From assembly GCA_905235515.1 (NCBI GenBank), contig CAJOLV010000002.1, forward strand, positions 21,924 to 85,923: a stretch of 64,000 nucleotides of DNA. Direction: 5' to 3'. The notes beneath the pieces are model-generated. The model saw only the letters and a list, made by a program, of their open reading frames with translations. It was not told where the DNA came from and searched no databases. The position numbers and the translations under genes are program-made. This document shows, piece after piece, positions 38,317 through 48,331 of this stretch (its first letter is position 1; every line of letters starts with the position of its first letter). Source of the DNA: an uncultured Bacilli bacterium. GTDB lineage: Bacteria; Bacillota_I; Bacilli_A; RFN20; CAG-826.

Positions 38317-40923
38317 ATGAAAAAATTAACTTCAGCAGAAATTAGACAAATGTGGTTAGATTTCTTTGAAAGCAAAGGTCACCATGTCGAGCAAGGAGCA
38401 TCTTTAATCCCAAAGAACGATCCAACTTTATTATGGATTAACGCCGGTGTTGCGGCTTTAAAGAAATATTTTGATGGTAGCGAAATTCCTCCGAGTAGAA
38501 GAATCACTAATGCGCAAAAATGTATTAGAACTAACGATATTGAACACGTTGGTCACACTGCAAGACACCACACATTCTTTGAAATGATGGGTAACTTTTC
38601 TATCGGCGACTATTTCCGCAAAGAAGTAATTCCATGGGCAGTTGAACTTCTCACTAGTGAGAAATGGTATGGTTTAGACAAAAATAGATTATACATGACC
38701 TATTTTCCAAATGATTTAGAAACGAAAAAATGTTGGATGGATGCGGGAATTAGTGAAGACCATTTAATCCCTCAAGAAGGTAACTTCTGGGAAATCGGAG
38801 CGGGACCATGTGGACCAGATACCGAAATGTTCTATGACCGTGGTGAAAAATATGACCCAGACCATATTGGTTTAGATCTTTTAAAGAAAGATATGGAAAA
38901 TGACCGCTATGTGGAAATCTGGAATATCGTTTTCTCGCAATTTAATTCTGAACCAGGAAAAAAGAGAGAAGAATATAAAGAATTGCCAAGCAAAAACATC
39001 GATACTGGCGCAGGCTTAGAAAGATTTGCTTGTATCATTCAAGAAACAGACACTAATTTTGAAACTGATTTATTTTATCCAATTATTTTAAAAGTCGAAG
39101 AAATGACTGGTCATAAATATGATGAAAATCATTTAGCTTTTAGAGTTATCGCTGACCATATTAGAAGTATCACATTCGCTTTAGCGGATGGGGAAATGTT
39201 TTCTAATGAAGGTAGAGGTTATGTCTTAAGAAGACTGCTTAGAAGAGCAGAACGTTATGGCAGAGTCTTAGGCATCAATGAACCATTCTTATATAAGTTT
39301 GTGGATTTGGTGGCGGACATTATGCGTAGCTATTATCCATATTTAGACAACAAGAAAGAATTTGTCGCTAAAATGGTCAAAGCGGAAGAAGAAAAATTCA
39401 TTAAGACTCTCGCTAATGGCGAATCTCTCTTAATTAAAGCAATTGAAGGTAAAGACATCTTACCAGCGGAAGATATGTTTAAACTTTATGATACTTTTGG
39501 TTTCCCAAAAGAATTAACCATCGAAATATGTGAAGAAAATCATGTCAAAGTCGATATGGATGGCTTTAATAAATTAATGGCAGAACAAAAAGAAAGAGCG
39601 AGAAAAGCACGTGGCGATAGACAATCAATGAATAAACAATCTATTGATTTAATGAATTGCACTTTACCAAGCGCTTTCTTATATCAAAGTGAACCTGTTG
39701 AAACAGAAATCATTGCCTGTTTTAAAGATGGTGTCAAAGTTGATTCCATCTCTGATGTAGGTGAAATAATGTTAAAAGAAACTAACTTCTACGCGGAAAG
39801 TGGCGGTCAAGTCTCAGACATTGGTCAAATTGAAAATGAATCCTTAGCTTTAAAAGTCACATCTGTTAATATAGCACCTAATAAACAACACCTTCACACT
39901 GTGGAAGTTTTATATGGCGAAGCAAAAGTTGGTGACAAAGTCACAGCGAAAATTGATGAGGCAAGAAGAAAGAGAATTATGAGAAATCACTCTTCTGTTC
40001 ACTTATTACAAAAAGCCTTAACCGAAGTTTTAGGTGAACATATTGCTCAACATGGTTCTTATGTCACTGATGAATATTCTCACTTTGACTTTAACCACTT
40101 CCGAAAGATGACTCCAGAGCAAATTAATGAAGTGGAGAAAAAGGTTAATCAATATATTGATATGGCGATTCCTTGTGAAGTTAAAGAACTTCCAATTGCG
40201 GAAGCACAAAAACTTGGCGCGAAAGCTTTGTTCAACGATAAATATGGTGATGTTGTTAGAGTTGTATGCTTTGGTGAGACCAGCAAAGAATTTTGTGGTG
40301 GCACTCATGTCAGTAACTCTCAAGATATTGGCGTGTTTGTTATTGAATATGAAGAAAGTGTCGCTGCAGGTATCCGTCGTATCCAAGCTCGCACATCTGC
40401 TGGTGCATATGAATTAATTAAACATCGTGAAAACATCTTAAATCGTGTCAAAGACACTCTTAACAGCGGTTCTTATGAAGATGTCAATCAAAGATTATCC
40501 GCTTTAGTGAATGAAAAAGATGCGTTAAGAAAAGCTAACGAATCATTAAATGACAAACTCGCTTTCTTAAATGCCAGTTCATTAAAAGAACAATTTAAAG
40601 ATATTAATGGTGTGAGCTTACTAGTTTCTTATCAAAAAGGGCAAGGTAGAAATGACTTATTGTCACTAATTGATAATTTAAAACAAGATAAGCCAAATTA
40701 TGTCATCGTTTTATTCGGTGAAGAAAATGGTGGTGTGCCAATTGTTGCAGCAGTTAGCAAAGCTGGTATTGGAAAAGGCTATAAAGCTGGTGCACTAGTG
40801 AAATTTGCCGCTCAGGTATTACTTGGTGGAGGCGGAGGTAGAGATGAAATCGCCTCTGGTTCAGGTAGAGATGCTAGCAAGATTAATGAGGCTATTGAAA
40901 TCATTAAAGGACTAGTTAAATAA
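38317..40923 (+). CDS. alaS: Alanyl-tRNA synthetase
   Basis: Class II aaRS core and editing domain with HSSVHLLQKAL and CGGTH zinc motifs, then a C-terminal GG-rich tail. Confidence 0.95.
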   Translation: MKKLTSAEIRQMWLDFFESKGHHVEQGASLIPKNDPTLLWINAGVAALKKYFDGSEIPPSRRITNAQKCIRTNDIEHVGHTARHHTFFEMMGNFSIGDYFRKEVIPWAVELLTSEKWYGLDKNRLYMTYFPNDLETKKCWMDAGISEDHLIPQEGNFWEIGAGPCGPDTEMFYDRGEKYDPDHIGLDLLKKDMENDRYVEIWNIVFSQFNSEPGKKREEYKELPSKNIDTGAGLERFACIIQETDTNFETDLFYPIILKVEEMTGHKYDENHLAFRVIADHIRSITFALADGEMFSNEGRGYVLRRLLRRAERYGRVLGINEPFLYKFVDLVADIMRSYYPYLDNKKEFVAKMVKAEEEKFIKTLANGESLLIKAIEGKDILPAEDMFKLYDTFGFPKELTIEICEENHVKVDMDGFNKLMAEQKERARKARGDRQSMNKQSIDLMNCTLPSAFLYQSEPVETEIIACFKDGVKVDSISDVGEIMLKETNFYAESGGQVSDIGQIENESLALKVTSVNIAPNKQHLHTVEVLYGEAKVGDKVTAKIDEARRKRIMRNHSSVHLLQKALTEVLGEHIAQHGSYVTDEYSHFDFNHFRKMTPEQINEVEKKVNQYIDMAIPCEVKELPIAEAQKLGAKALFNDKYGDVVRVVCFGETSKEFCGGTHVSNSQDIGVFVIEYEESVAAGIRRIQARTSAGAYELIKHRENILNRVKDTLNSGSYEDVNQRLSALVNEKDALRKANESLNDKLAFLNASSLKEQFKDINGVSLLVSYQKGQGRNDLLSLIDNLKQDKPNYVIVLFGEENGGVPIVAAVSKAGIGKGYKAGALVKFAAQVLLGGGGGRDEIASGSGRDASKINEAIEIIKGLVK

Positions 40924-41351
40924 TGAATAAAGTTATTGGCTTAGATTTAGGAACAAGAACCCTCGGTATCGCTAAAAGCGATGTCTTAGGTTTTGTCCAT
41001 GGCGTGGAGACATTTCGTTTTCCACCAAATCAATATATCATCGCACGTCAACATGTCCTTGATGTTGTAAAAGAGATAGGCACTAAAGAGATTGCTCTTG
41101 GTTATCCTTTACACTTAAGTGGAGAACAAAGTGAGATGAGTGAAAATGTGATTAGATTCCGTGATGACTTGCTAGCGATGGATTCAACATTAGATATCCA
41201 CTTAGTGGATGAAAGATTATCATCAGTCACCGCTAATCAAAGTATTTCTCAAAGAGGGATGAATCACGACCAAAGAAGACAAAATGTCGATAAAATAGCG
41301 GCCTGTGTTATTTTAGATACATATATTCGAACAAAGGAGAACAAAAGATAA
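40923..41351 (+). CDS. ruvX: Holliday-junction-resolvase-like pre-16S rRNA nuclease RuvX/YqgF
   Basis: MNKVIGLDLGTRTLGIAKSD RNase H-like N-terminus. Confidence 0.85.
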   Translation: MNKVIGLDLGTRTLGIAKSDVLGFVHGVETFRFPPNQYIIARQHVLDVVKEIGTKEIALGYPLHLSGEQSEMSENVIRFRDDLLAMDSTLDIHLVDERLSSVTANQSISQRGMNHDQRRQNVDKIAACVILDTYIRTKENKR

Positions 41352-41683
41352 TGGAAATTGGTGAAGATAAAAAATTAATCATCGATGACGATGAGGGCAA
41401 TCAGCTCGAAAAGGAAATTGAGGAAGGCAAAGAATTAATTATTGATGATGGCGAGGGTAATCAATTCAAAATGGAAATCCTTTTCACCTATCATAATGAA
41501 GAGAGAAATAAGAATTATGTTTTCTTCTTTGATCCTAAGGATCCAGACAATGTTATCCCAATGATTTATCACGAAGATTACACTTTAGAAGAGATTGAAG
41601 ATGACGAAGAATATGAAGAAGTGGAAGAAGTCTTCAATGCTTATGAAGAAGATCCAAAAATTCAAGATTTAAAAAACAAATAA
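41351..41683 (+). CDS. DUF1292 family acidic protein
   Basis: Conserved position after ruvX. Acidic, with the DUF1292 signature (YVFFFDPKD...IPMIYHEDYTLEEI) and an internal ~20-aa duplication. Confidence 0.7.
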   Translation: MEIGEDKKLIIDDDEGNQLEKEIEEGKELIIDDGEGNQFKMEILFTYHNEERNKNYVFFFDPKDPDNVIPMIYHEDYTLEEIEDDEEYEEVEEVFNAYEEDPKIQDLKNK

Positions 41684-41751
41684 CTATTTATGGAAATAAT
41701 CAAACGTTATTGATATAATAACGCTTGCTAAATCCTAAGGAGAATTATCTT

Positions 41752-42225
41752 ATGGCAGAAAAAACAAAATTAACTCAATATGGATATAAAAAATTAGAAG
41801 ATGAATTAAATAACCTGATTCACGTTGTTAGTGAAGAAGTGAAAGTCCAATTAGCGGAAGCCCGCGCACAAGGCGACTTAAGCGAAAACGCCGACTATGA
41901 CGCTGCAAGAAACAAACAAGCAGAAGTTGAAGCCCGCATTAAAGAAATTGAAGAAATTTTAAATAATTGTGAAATCATTTCTGAAGGTGGCAAAAATAAG
42001 AACAAAGTTTCTCTTGGTTCTACAGTCACAATTAAGTTCCTCAACAATGGTAAAGAAGATACCTATATGTTGGTGGGAACAGTCGAAGCGGACCCATTTA
42101 ATAAGAAAATTTCTATTGCTTGCCCTCTTGGTGAAGCGATTCTTGGTAAGGCTGTTGGTGATGTCATAGACATCAAAGTTGAAAAACCATACAAAGTCGA
42201 AATCTTAAAATTAGAAAATATTTAA
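41752..42225 (+). CDS. greA: Transcription elongation factor GreA
   Basis: MAEKTKLTQYGYKKLEDELNNL...DLSENADYDAAR GreA N-terminal coiled-coil with acidic tip. An AAGGAG SD lies 9 nt upstream. Confidence 0.85.
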   Translation: MAEKTKLTQYGYKKLEDELNNLIHVVSEEVKVQLAEARAQGDLSENADYDAARNKQAEVEARIKEIEEILNNCEIISEGGKNKNKVSLGSTVTIKFLNNGKEDTYMLVGTVEADPFNKKISIACPLGEAILGKAVGDVIDIKVEKPYKVEILKLENI

Positions 42226-42289
42226 AAATTTTCAAAAAAAGTGCAACTAAATTGAAAAATCTCCGAATAGTTTATGAGGAGGTTTTTTT

Positions 42290-42826
42290 ATGGTAAAACT
42301 CATTATTGGCGCTGTTGTCGTCGTCTTTATTGTCATTGCGGGCTTTATGATACTGGACCCACAATTGAATCCACAAACAGTAGCAGACACCACAGAAGTG
42401 GGGGAAACATTTTCTTATACTATCGAGGGAGAAGTCAGTAAACCTGGCACATACACTCTAGCAGACGCCGCTACAATGTCAGATCTCATTGATGCTGCTG
42501 GAGGTATCGCGAGTAACGCTGATGATCGCGCTTATTTTTTAACCGCGACATTAACTAAAGGGCAAACTTATTTTATTGCTAGTAAGTTTGATGCGTCTGA
42601 CATTTGTGGCAATACCACAATTGAAAAAGTTAACATTAATGCCGATCCAGCCGATAAATTAAGCTCGATTAATGGTATTACTTCATCAATTGCAGCATCT
42701 ATTGTCTCTTATCGTCAAGAAAAAGGAACTTTCCAAACATTGGAACAACTCAAAGATGTTTATGGAATTGGGGATGCAACGTATCGAAGAGTACGAAACC
42801 TAGTCATACTCCATGAAGAAGAATGA
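42290..42826 (+). CDS. comEA: Competence protein ComEA (membrane-anchored HhH DNA receptor)
   Basis: N-terminal TM helix, an SLBB-like middle domain and a C-terminal helix-hairpin-helix (LKDVYGIGDATYRRVRNLV). Confidence 0.75.
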   Translation: MVKLIIGAVVVVFIVIAGFMILDPQLNPQTVADTTEVGETFSYTIEGEVSKPGTYTLADAATMSDLIDAAGGIASNADDRAYFLTATLTKGQTYFIASKFDASDICGNTTIEKVNINADPADKLSSINGITSSIAASIVSYRQEKGTFQTLEQLKDVYGIGDATYRRVRNLVILHEEE

Positions 42827-44844
42827 TTATATTCCTATTCTTTATATCTTTATTATTAGGAATAACTCTTAAAAACTCTTGGATTGCTATTGGCATCATT
42901 AGTGTCTTATTCTTTCTATTTCTTATTTTTAAAAGGAAAGTAAAAAAGGGAATAATCATTTATGCCTCAATCTTTCTATTTGGCTTTGGAATCAGTTTTA
43001 TAAACATCACTTATCCAAAGGATACAACGGAATATGTTGGAATAATTTATCAAGCCAAAGACAATTATTTCTTATTTAATTCTGGCGGTGAAAGACTCTA
43101 TTGTTATAAGAAAAATCACGATTATGAAATAGGTGACATTGTTAAGATTAAAGGAAATAAGGAAGATTTTGATTTCACTGTTTTAGAGTCTAATTTTGAT
43201 TTTGAAAATTATTTAGAAACTAAAGGTGTTTTACACGCTCTAAAGATAAATCGCGAAGAGATTAAGTTCAAAACCCCATTTAAATTTAGGGCGTTAAAGA
43301 AAAAGTTTATTGCAAAGTTTGATAGTGAAGCAGGCATCACAGTTAATTCCATTTTGTTTTCTGATCACGATGACAATTCTTTGACAAGTGTGATAACTGA
43401 TTTACATTTATCGAGATTAATAAATACAGGTGGACTATATTTTCACGCCTTAATTTCTGCTTTAAATTACTTTTTTACTAGACGTATTAAAAAGAAGTGG
43501 GGCGAATTAATATCTTTAGGGATATGTAGCTTTTATTTATTAGCGACATTTCCTCGCTTTAGTCTAATTCGATTGACCTTTATTTACATTTTTAAATGGG
43601 TAAATGAACATATATTAAAAAAACGATTCACTTATTTAGAGATTATTTCTCTTTCCGGAATATTCTTCTTATTAATAAGCCATCATCTTGCTCTGCAAGA
43701 TAGTTTCTTGCTTGGCTTTGGCATACCACTTTTAGTGTATTTTATTAACCAAAGTTTTACATTTGTTAAAGGATTAAAAAAGAAACTTTTAATAATGGGT
43801 TTTGTTTATCTGTTCTTTATTCCTTTTGAACTGAGATATTTTCATTCTTTATCGCCTTTATCTATTGTCTATCAAATGTTATTATCGCCTCTATTTATTG
43901 TTTTCTTCATGATGGCCTTATTAAGTTTTCATTTCATCCCAATTTATAAATTAGTTAATGCATATAACACTTTTCTTACTTGGATAGTTAATCCGATAAG
44001 TCACACAAAAATAGAAATCTATAATCCAGAATTTCATCCAATAATAGTAGTGGTTTATTATTTATTGCTACTAGCGTTACTTTATTATTCGTCAATTAGA
44101 TTTGTGCCAATAAGAAGGTTTTTAATAAGTTCTTACGCTATATTTTTAACAATCTATTCCTTACCGATAAATAACGCTATCACGACCGAGGTAAGTTTTA
44201 TAAATGTAGGTCAAGGCGATTGCTGCTTTATTCGTGAGAAAAATAAAACAGTATTCATTGACACTGGTGGTTTACAATATATGGATTTGGCGAAAGAAAG
44301 TTTAATTCCATTTTTGAAAAAGAAAAGAATCTATTCAATTGATTTAATAATTACTACTCATGATGACTTTGATCATAATGGAGCGTTAGCTTCTTTAAAA
44401 AAGAACTTTAGAGTCAAAAGAACAATGACGAACACGAATTATCAAGATACTATCGTAGGTAGTATGACTTTTAAAAACTACAATAACCACATATTTGACC
44501 AAAGTGAAGATAATGAAAAATCTCTCGTTATTGGATTTCATTTATCTAATCACGATTATTTGATTACTGGCGACGCTGGTATAGCTAATGAAAAAGACAT
44601 TATGAACGAATATGATTATATTCCTTGCGATATTTTAAAGGTTGGCCACCATGGTAGTAATACCTCAACTTCAGATGAATTTATAAAGTGGTTAAAGCCT
44701 AGTATAGGAGTGATATCTGTAGGTAAAAATAATCGTTATGGACATCCACATCAAAATGTCATTCAAATCTTAAATAATAATGGTGTAAAGATCCGAAGAA
44801 CTGACCTAGAAGGGACAATAACATTCAAATCATTTCTTATTTAA
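42823..44844 (+). CDS. comEC: DNA internalization channel ComEC/Rec2
   Basis: N-terminal OB/DUF4131 region, a polytopic competence domain, and a C-terminal metallo-beta-lactamase domain (FINVGQGDCCFI...HDDFDH...GHHGS). Confidence 0.8.
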   Translation: MIIFLFFISLLLGITLKNSWIAIGIISVLFFLFLIFKRKVKKGIIIYASIFLFGFGISFINITYPKDTTEYVGIIYQAKDNYFLFNSGGERLYCYKKNHDYEIGDIVKIKGNKEDFDFTVLESNFDFENYLETKGVLHALKINREEIKFKTPFKFRALKKKFIAKFDSEAGITVNSILFSDHDDNSLTSVITDLHLSRLINTGGLYFHALISALNYFFTRRIKKKWGELISLGICSFYLLATFPRFSLIRLTFIYIFKWVNEHILKKRFTYLEIISLSGIFFLLISHHLALQDSFLLGFGIPLLVYFINQSFTFVKGLKKKLLIMGFVYLFFIPFELRYFHSLSPLSIVYQMLLSPLFIVFFMMALLSFHFIPIYKLVNAYNTFLTWIVNPISHTKIEIYNPEFHPIIVVVYYLLLLALLYYSSIRFVPIRRFLISSYAIFLTIYSLPINNAITTEVSFINVGQGDCCFIREKNKTVFIDTGGLQYMDLAKESLIPFLKKKRIYSIDLIITTHDDFDHNGALASLKKNFRVKRTMTNTNYQDTIVGSMTFKNYNNHIFDQSEDNEKSLVIGFHLSNHDYLITGDAGIANEKDIMNEYDYIPCDILKVGHHGSNTSTSDEFIKWLKPSIGVISVGKNNRYGHPHQNVIQILNNNGVKIRRTDLEGTITFKSFLI

Positions 44845-44956
44845 TAAAAAGGTTGAAGTGATTTGGTATCATCTATGAAAGTATTGAAATTAAAACTATT
44901 AATAATTGCACCATCAAATGAGTAGTTTTTTGCAAAAACCAGTTTCTAACTACATT

Positions 44957-44982
44957 TGATGTAGTTTTCTCGCTTTAGCGTA
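44957..44982 (+). terminator. Hairpin with U-tract between comEC and holA (terminator-like; overlaps the holA promoter region)
   Basis: AACTACAT-ttg-ATGTAGTT followed by TTCTC. A TATATAAT -10 element follows immediately. Confidence 0.4.
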
Positions 44983-44994
44983 TATAATAAAGTC

Positions 44995-45966
44995 ATGGTT
45001 TATCTCATTTATGGCAATCAAACTCCATCAATCAAATCGCGAGTAAAAAAGATTATTAAGGAGAATCTTCCTGATAATGATGAAATGAATCTCGTTAAAT
45101 TTGATGCAAGCAATGTATTAATTCAAGAATGGATTGATGAAGCAAACTATGTTCCTTTAGGCTATGAACATAAGATTGTCATCGCTGATAATTGCTATTT
45201 CTTATTAAAATCAAAACCAAAGAATAAAATTGAAGCTGACCAAAACTATGGTGAATTAATGAACTTTTTGTTACATCCTAGTGAAGATTGCGACCTCATT
45301 TTAACTGTTCCTTCTTTAGCAGTCGCTACTAATAGCGATATTTATAAAACCATTAAGGAAACTGGCAAAATTATTGAAATTCCAGATTTAGATCAAAATG
45401 GTTGGAAAGATGGTGTTAGAAGATATTGTTTTGAAAACGCTCATTTAAAAATCGATAATGATGCCCTAAATGAACTTGCTGATAGAACAGCAGGGGATGT
45501 TGCTTTACTTCAAACGAGTGTCGCTAAATTATCTTTATATACAGACCATGTGAGATATGAAGATGTCATTTTAATGGTGGTGCGTCCTCTTGAAGATAAT
45601 ACTTTCTTAATCTTTAATTATTTAATTAATGGGAAGAACGCTGATGCGGTGAAACTCTTTAGAGATTTAAGAGTGAGTAATGTGGAACCAGTAACTTTAA
45701 TTATGATGCTAGGCAATCAATTCCGTTTATTAAATCAAGTGTTCTATCTATTTAAAAACGGAAGAACAGATGACGAAATCGCCAAGGAATTAAATATCAA
45801 ACCAATCAGAGCCCAAATTCTCCGTAAGAACACTGGTTTAGTTTCTGAAAAAGCCATTCATCGTACATTAAACGATTTATTTGAATTAGATTTACAAATT
45901 AAAAGCGGCCTTGTAGACCGCTTCTATGCTTTTGAATTATTTTTAATAAACTTTAAAAGAAAATAA
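44995..45966 (+). CDS. holA: DNA polymerase III delta subunit
   Basis: Delta N-terminus (VYLIYGNQ) in the canonical comEC-holA-rpsT position. Confidence 0.75.
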   Translation: MVYLIYGNQTPSIKSRVKKIIKENLPDNDEMNLVKFDASNVLIQEWIDEANYVPLGYEHKIVIADNCYFLLKSKPKNKIEADQNYGELMNFLLHPSEDCDLILTVPSLAVATNSDIYKTIKETGKIIEIPDLDQNGWKDGVRRYCFENAHLKIDNDALNELADRTAGDVALLQTSVAKLSLYTDHVRYEDVILMVVRPLEDNTFLIFNYLINGKNADAVKLFRDLRVSNVEPVTLIMMLGNQFRLLNQVFYLFKNGRTDDEIAKELNIKPIRAQILRKNTGLVSEKAIHRTLNDLFELDLQIKSGLVDRFYAFELFLINFKRK

Positions 45967-46239
45967 TTATTTTTCTTCTTTTAAGCCGTTCACTAAACGT
46001 TGTAAGGAAGCTTTTTGTCTGGAAGCTGTGTTCTTGTGTTGAATACCATCAGAAACTGATTTGTCGATTAAGCGGAATGCTTTGACTAATAATTCTTCAG
46101 CTTTAGCTAAATCTTTAGCTTCAACTGCTAATCTAACTTTCTTGCTGGCTGTACGAATAGCGGATTTTGCGCTAGCGTTTCTTTGACGAGCTTTTTCGTT
46201 TGTTCCGATACGTTTGATTTGTGATTTAATATTTGCCAT
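45967..46239 (-). CDS. rpsT: 30S ribosomal protein S20
   Basis: MANIKSQIKRIGTNEKARQRNAS... is canonical S20. Confidence 0.9.
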   Translation of the reverse strand: MANIKSQIKRIGTNEKARQRNASAKSAIRTASKKVRLAVEAKDLAKAEELLVKAFRLIDKSVSDGIQHKNTASRQKASLQRLVNGLKEEK

Positions 46240-46307
46240 AAAATGTTATACCTCTTTCAATGCCGCGTTATATGTTATCAAATGTGTACAAATAATGCAA
46301 TTATTTA

Positions 46308-48287
46308 TTATTTCTTTTTTAATTGAGCGATTTCATAAACGAAATCGTTAACGGACGCCATAACACCTAATGTTTCTTCTTTAAAGGTGATTTGGAAATG
46401 TTCTTGTAAATTCTTGATTAACTCGACGTAACTCATGGAGTCGCCACCTAAGTCATTCACCCAGTGAGCGTCATCTTCAATCTTGAAGGATGGAAGGAGA
46501 AGAACTTTAGAGAAAATTTCTCTAACTGGAACCAAGATTTCATCAACTGTCTTTTGATCAAATTCTTCAAACTTTTTCGCTTTGTGTTCTTGATTTAGTG
46601 GGATATATTCGCCCGTGTTATCTGCAATCGCCTTACGAATGGCAAAGCGTTTAACTTTCATATTATTCGCTAATGGAAGTTTTCCTTTAGACAAATAAAT
46701 TGTTGATATTTTACTTTGATGTGGAAGTTTTGGTTCAATTTCTTTAACCAATAAATCGAATGCCTTGATATCTTCTTCATTAATTGAATTATCAGTTTCA
46801 AGGACTAAAGCAATGTCTTCCACATTTTTCTTATCTTTGTTAGGAACACCTAAGATACATAGATGATTTACGTGTGGTAAATCTTTAAAAAAGATTTCTA
46901 ATTCATCTGGGAAGATATTCTCCCCATCAGCGTTAATGATGACATCTTTTTGTCTTCCTTTTAAGATGTAATTACCTTTTTCGTTAACTTCAGCGATATC
47001 ACCAGTTGGGAAGAAACCATCTTTATCAAACTCAGTTTCTTTTTCCACGCCACCAATGATTTCTCTAATATGAATTGTAGGTGATTTAACAAATAGTTGA
47101 CCATCTTCAATTTTATATTCAACACCATATAATGGGTGACCGATTGTGCCTAATAGTCTATCTTTCACATCTGGAGACAATTCCACGGATGTAACACCGA
47201 TTTCAGTCATACCGAATCCATCATAGAGATTGTATCCAAGACCATTAATTGTTCTTAAAGTATCTTGAGATAAGAAGCCACCGCCAGAAATGCAATATCT
47301 AATGTGATGACCGAGCAATAATTTTTGAACATGTTTTCTAACAATACCCTTACTGGCCTTACCGGCTTCTTCTTTTGTGATGTCACCTAAGTTATAGGCA
47401 ATCATCTTATTTAAGAGTTCTTGTTTTTCTTCTTCAAGAAGCGCAAACTTACGTGTTACTTGTTGCGCTAATGAATCCCAGAATAGCGGAACTGAATAGA
47501 CGTGAGTAACTTTTGCCTTTCGGCAAATGTATTGAATATCACTTGGCGCTAAGCTGGCTGGATATACTAATGCACTGCCATAGAAGGAATACCAGAGGAA
47601 GACAGCGACGAACCCGAAGATATGATGGAATGGAACCATTGCCAAGATATTGATTTTCCCTTCACTCTTTGGATACATAATGTCTTTTGTTTCTAAAGAT
47701 ATATTGAGCGAGCAACAGATTTGATGACACAAGTTTTTGCCATTAAATACCATTAATTTCACATCACCGGTTGTGCCACTGGAACAGAAGATAACTTCAT
47801 CAGCCCATCTTGGTTCCATGCTTTCCCCTTTATATTCAACGAGATCTTCAGGAACGACTTTTTTGACTTCGTATGAGAACATATCATCAGTGACGATACC
47901 AACTGCCTTACTTTGTTTAATTAAGTTAGCTGTACCATCTTTACTAGTTCTGGCATCAATCAAAAGTGGTTTAAATCCTGCCATTAAGATTGCCCAGAAT
48001 AATTCAGGCCAAGCAGGGGAGTTAGCATGCTTGAATGCAACTACTGAACCCGGTTCCTGATCCTTTAATTTTTTGGAAATGCCATATGCGTAATAATTAA
48101 CATTATATTTAACTTTTTTATATTTATATTTTTTGATTTTGTCTTTTTCATTAATGTAGACAGCGGCGACTCTTTTCTTATTGCGATCTATAACGAACTT
48201 ATAAATATCCGCCATTGTCATATTGGTGTTTTCTAGCAACTTAGCTTCAGCTAAATAGTTGTTAATCTTGTTGTATTCAGGATACAT
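46308..48287 (-). CDS. Standalone adenylation (ANL/AMP-binding) enzyme fused to a C-terminal phosphopantetheine-binding carrier domain (A-T didomain)
   Basis: Adenylation core motifs SSGTTGDVK (A3), YGMTE-like GFGMTE (A5), FFPTGD (A7), GRQKDVII (A8) and the A10 Lys. The C-terminal carrier motif is LGGDSMSYVEL with the putative Ppant Ser. Confidence 0.75.
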   Translation of the reverse strand: MYPEYNKINNYLAEAKLLENTNMTMADIYKFVIDRNKKRVAAVYINEKDKIKKYKYKKVKYNVNYYAYGISKKLKDQEPGSVVAFKHANSPAWPELFWAILMAGFKPLLIDARTSKDGTANLIKQSKAVGIVTDDMFSYEVKKVVPEDLVEYKGESMEPRWADEVIFCSSGTTGDVKLMVFNGKNLCHQICCSLNISLETKDIMYPKSEGKINILAMVPFHHIFGFVAVFLWYSFYGSALVYPASLAPSDIQYICRKAKVTHVYSVPLFWDSLAQQVTRKFALLEEEKQELLNKMIAYNLGDITKEEAGKASKGIVRKHVQKLLLGHHIRYCISGGGFLSQDTLRTINGLGYNLYDGFGMTEIGVTSVELSPDVKDRLLGTIGHPLYGVEYKIEDGQLFVKSPTIHIREIIGGVEKETEFDKDGFFPTGDIAEVNEKGNYILKGRQKDVIINADGENIFPDELEIFFKDLPHVNHLCILGVPNKDKKNVEDIALVLETDNSINEEDIKAFDLLVKEIEPKLPHQSKISTIYLSKGKLPLANNMKVKRFAIRKAIADNTGEYIPLNQEHKAKKFEEFDQKTVDEILVPVREIFSKVLLLPSFKIEDDAHWVNDLGGDSMSYVELIKNLQEHFQITFKEETLGVMASVNDFVYEIAQLKKK

Positions 48288-48331
48288 GGTGATTACCTCG
48301 CAATGTAAATACTCTATATGAGTATAATGAA

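Noticed and set aside
42226-42289. Possible terminator after greA (CTCC...GGAGG plus a T-run).
   Set aside because: The stem is only 4-5 bp, and the GGAGG is better explained as the comEA SD with its T-rich spacer.
44875-44925. 16-codon ORF (MKVLKLKLLIIAPSNE) between comEC and holA.
   Set aside because: It has no SD and overlaps the palindromic hairpin region, so it is most likely non-coding spacer.
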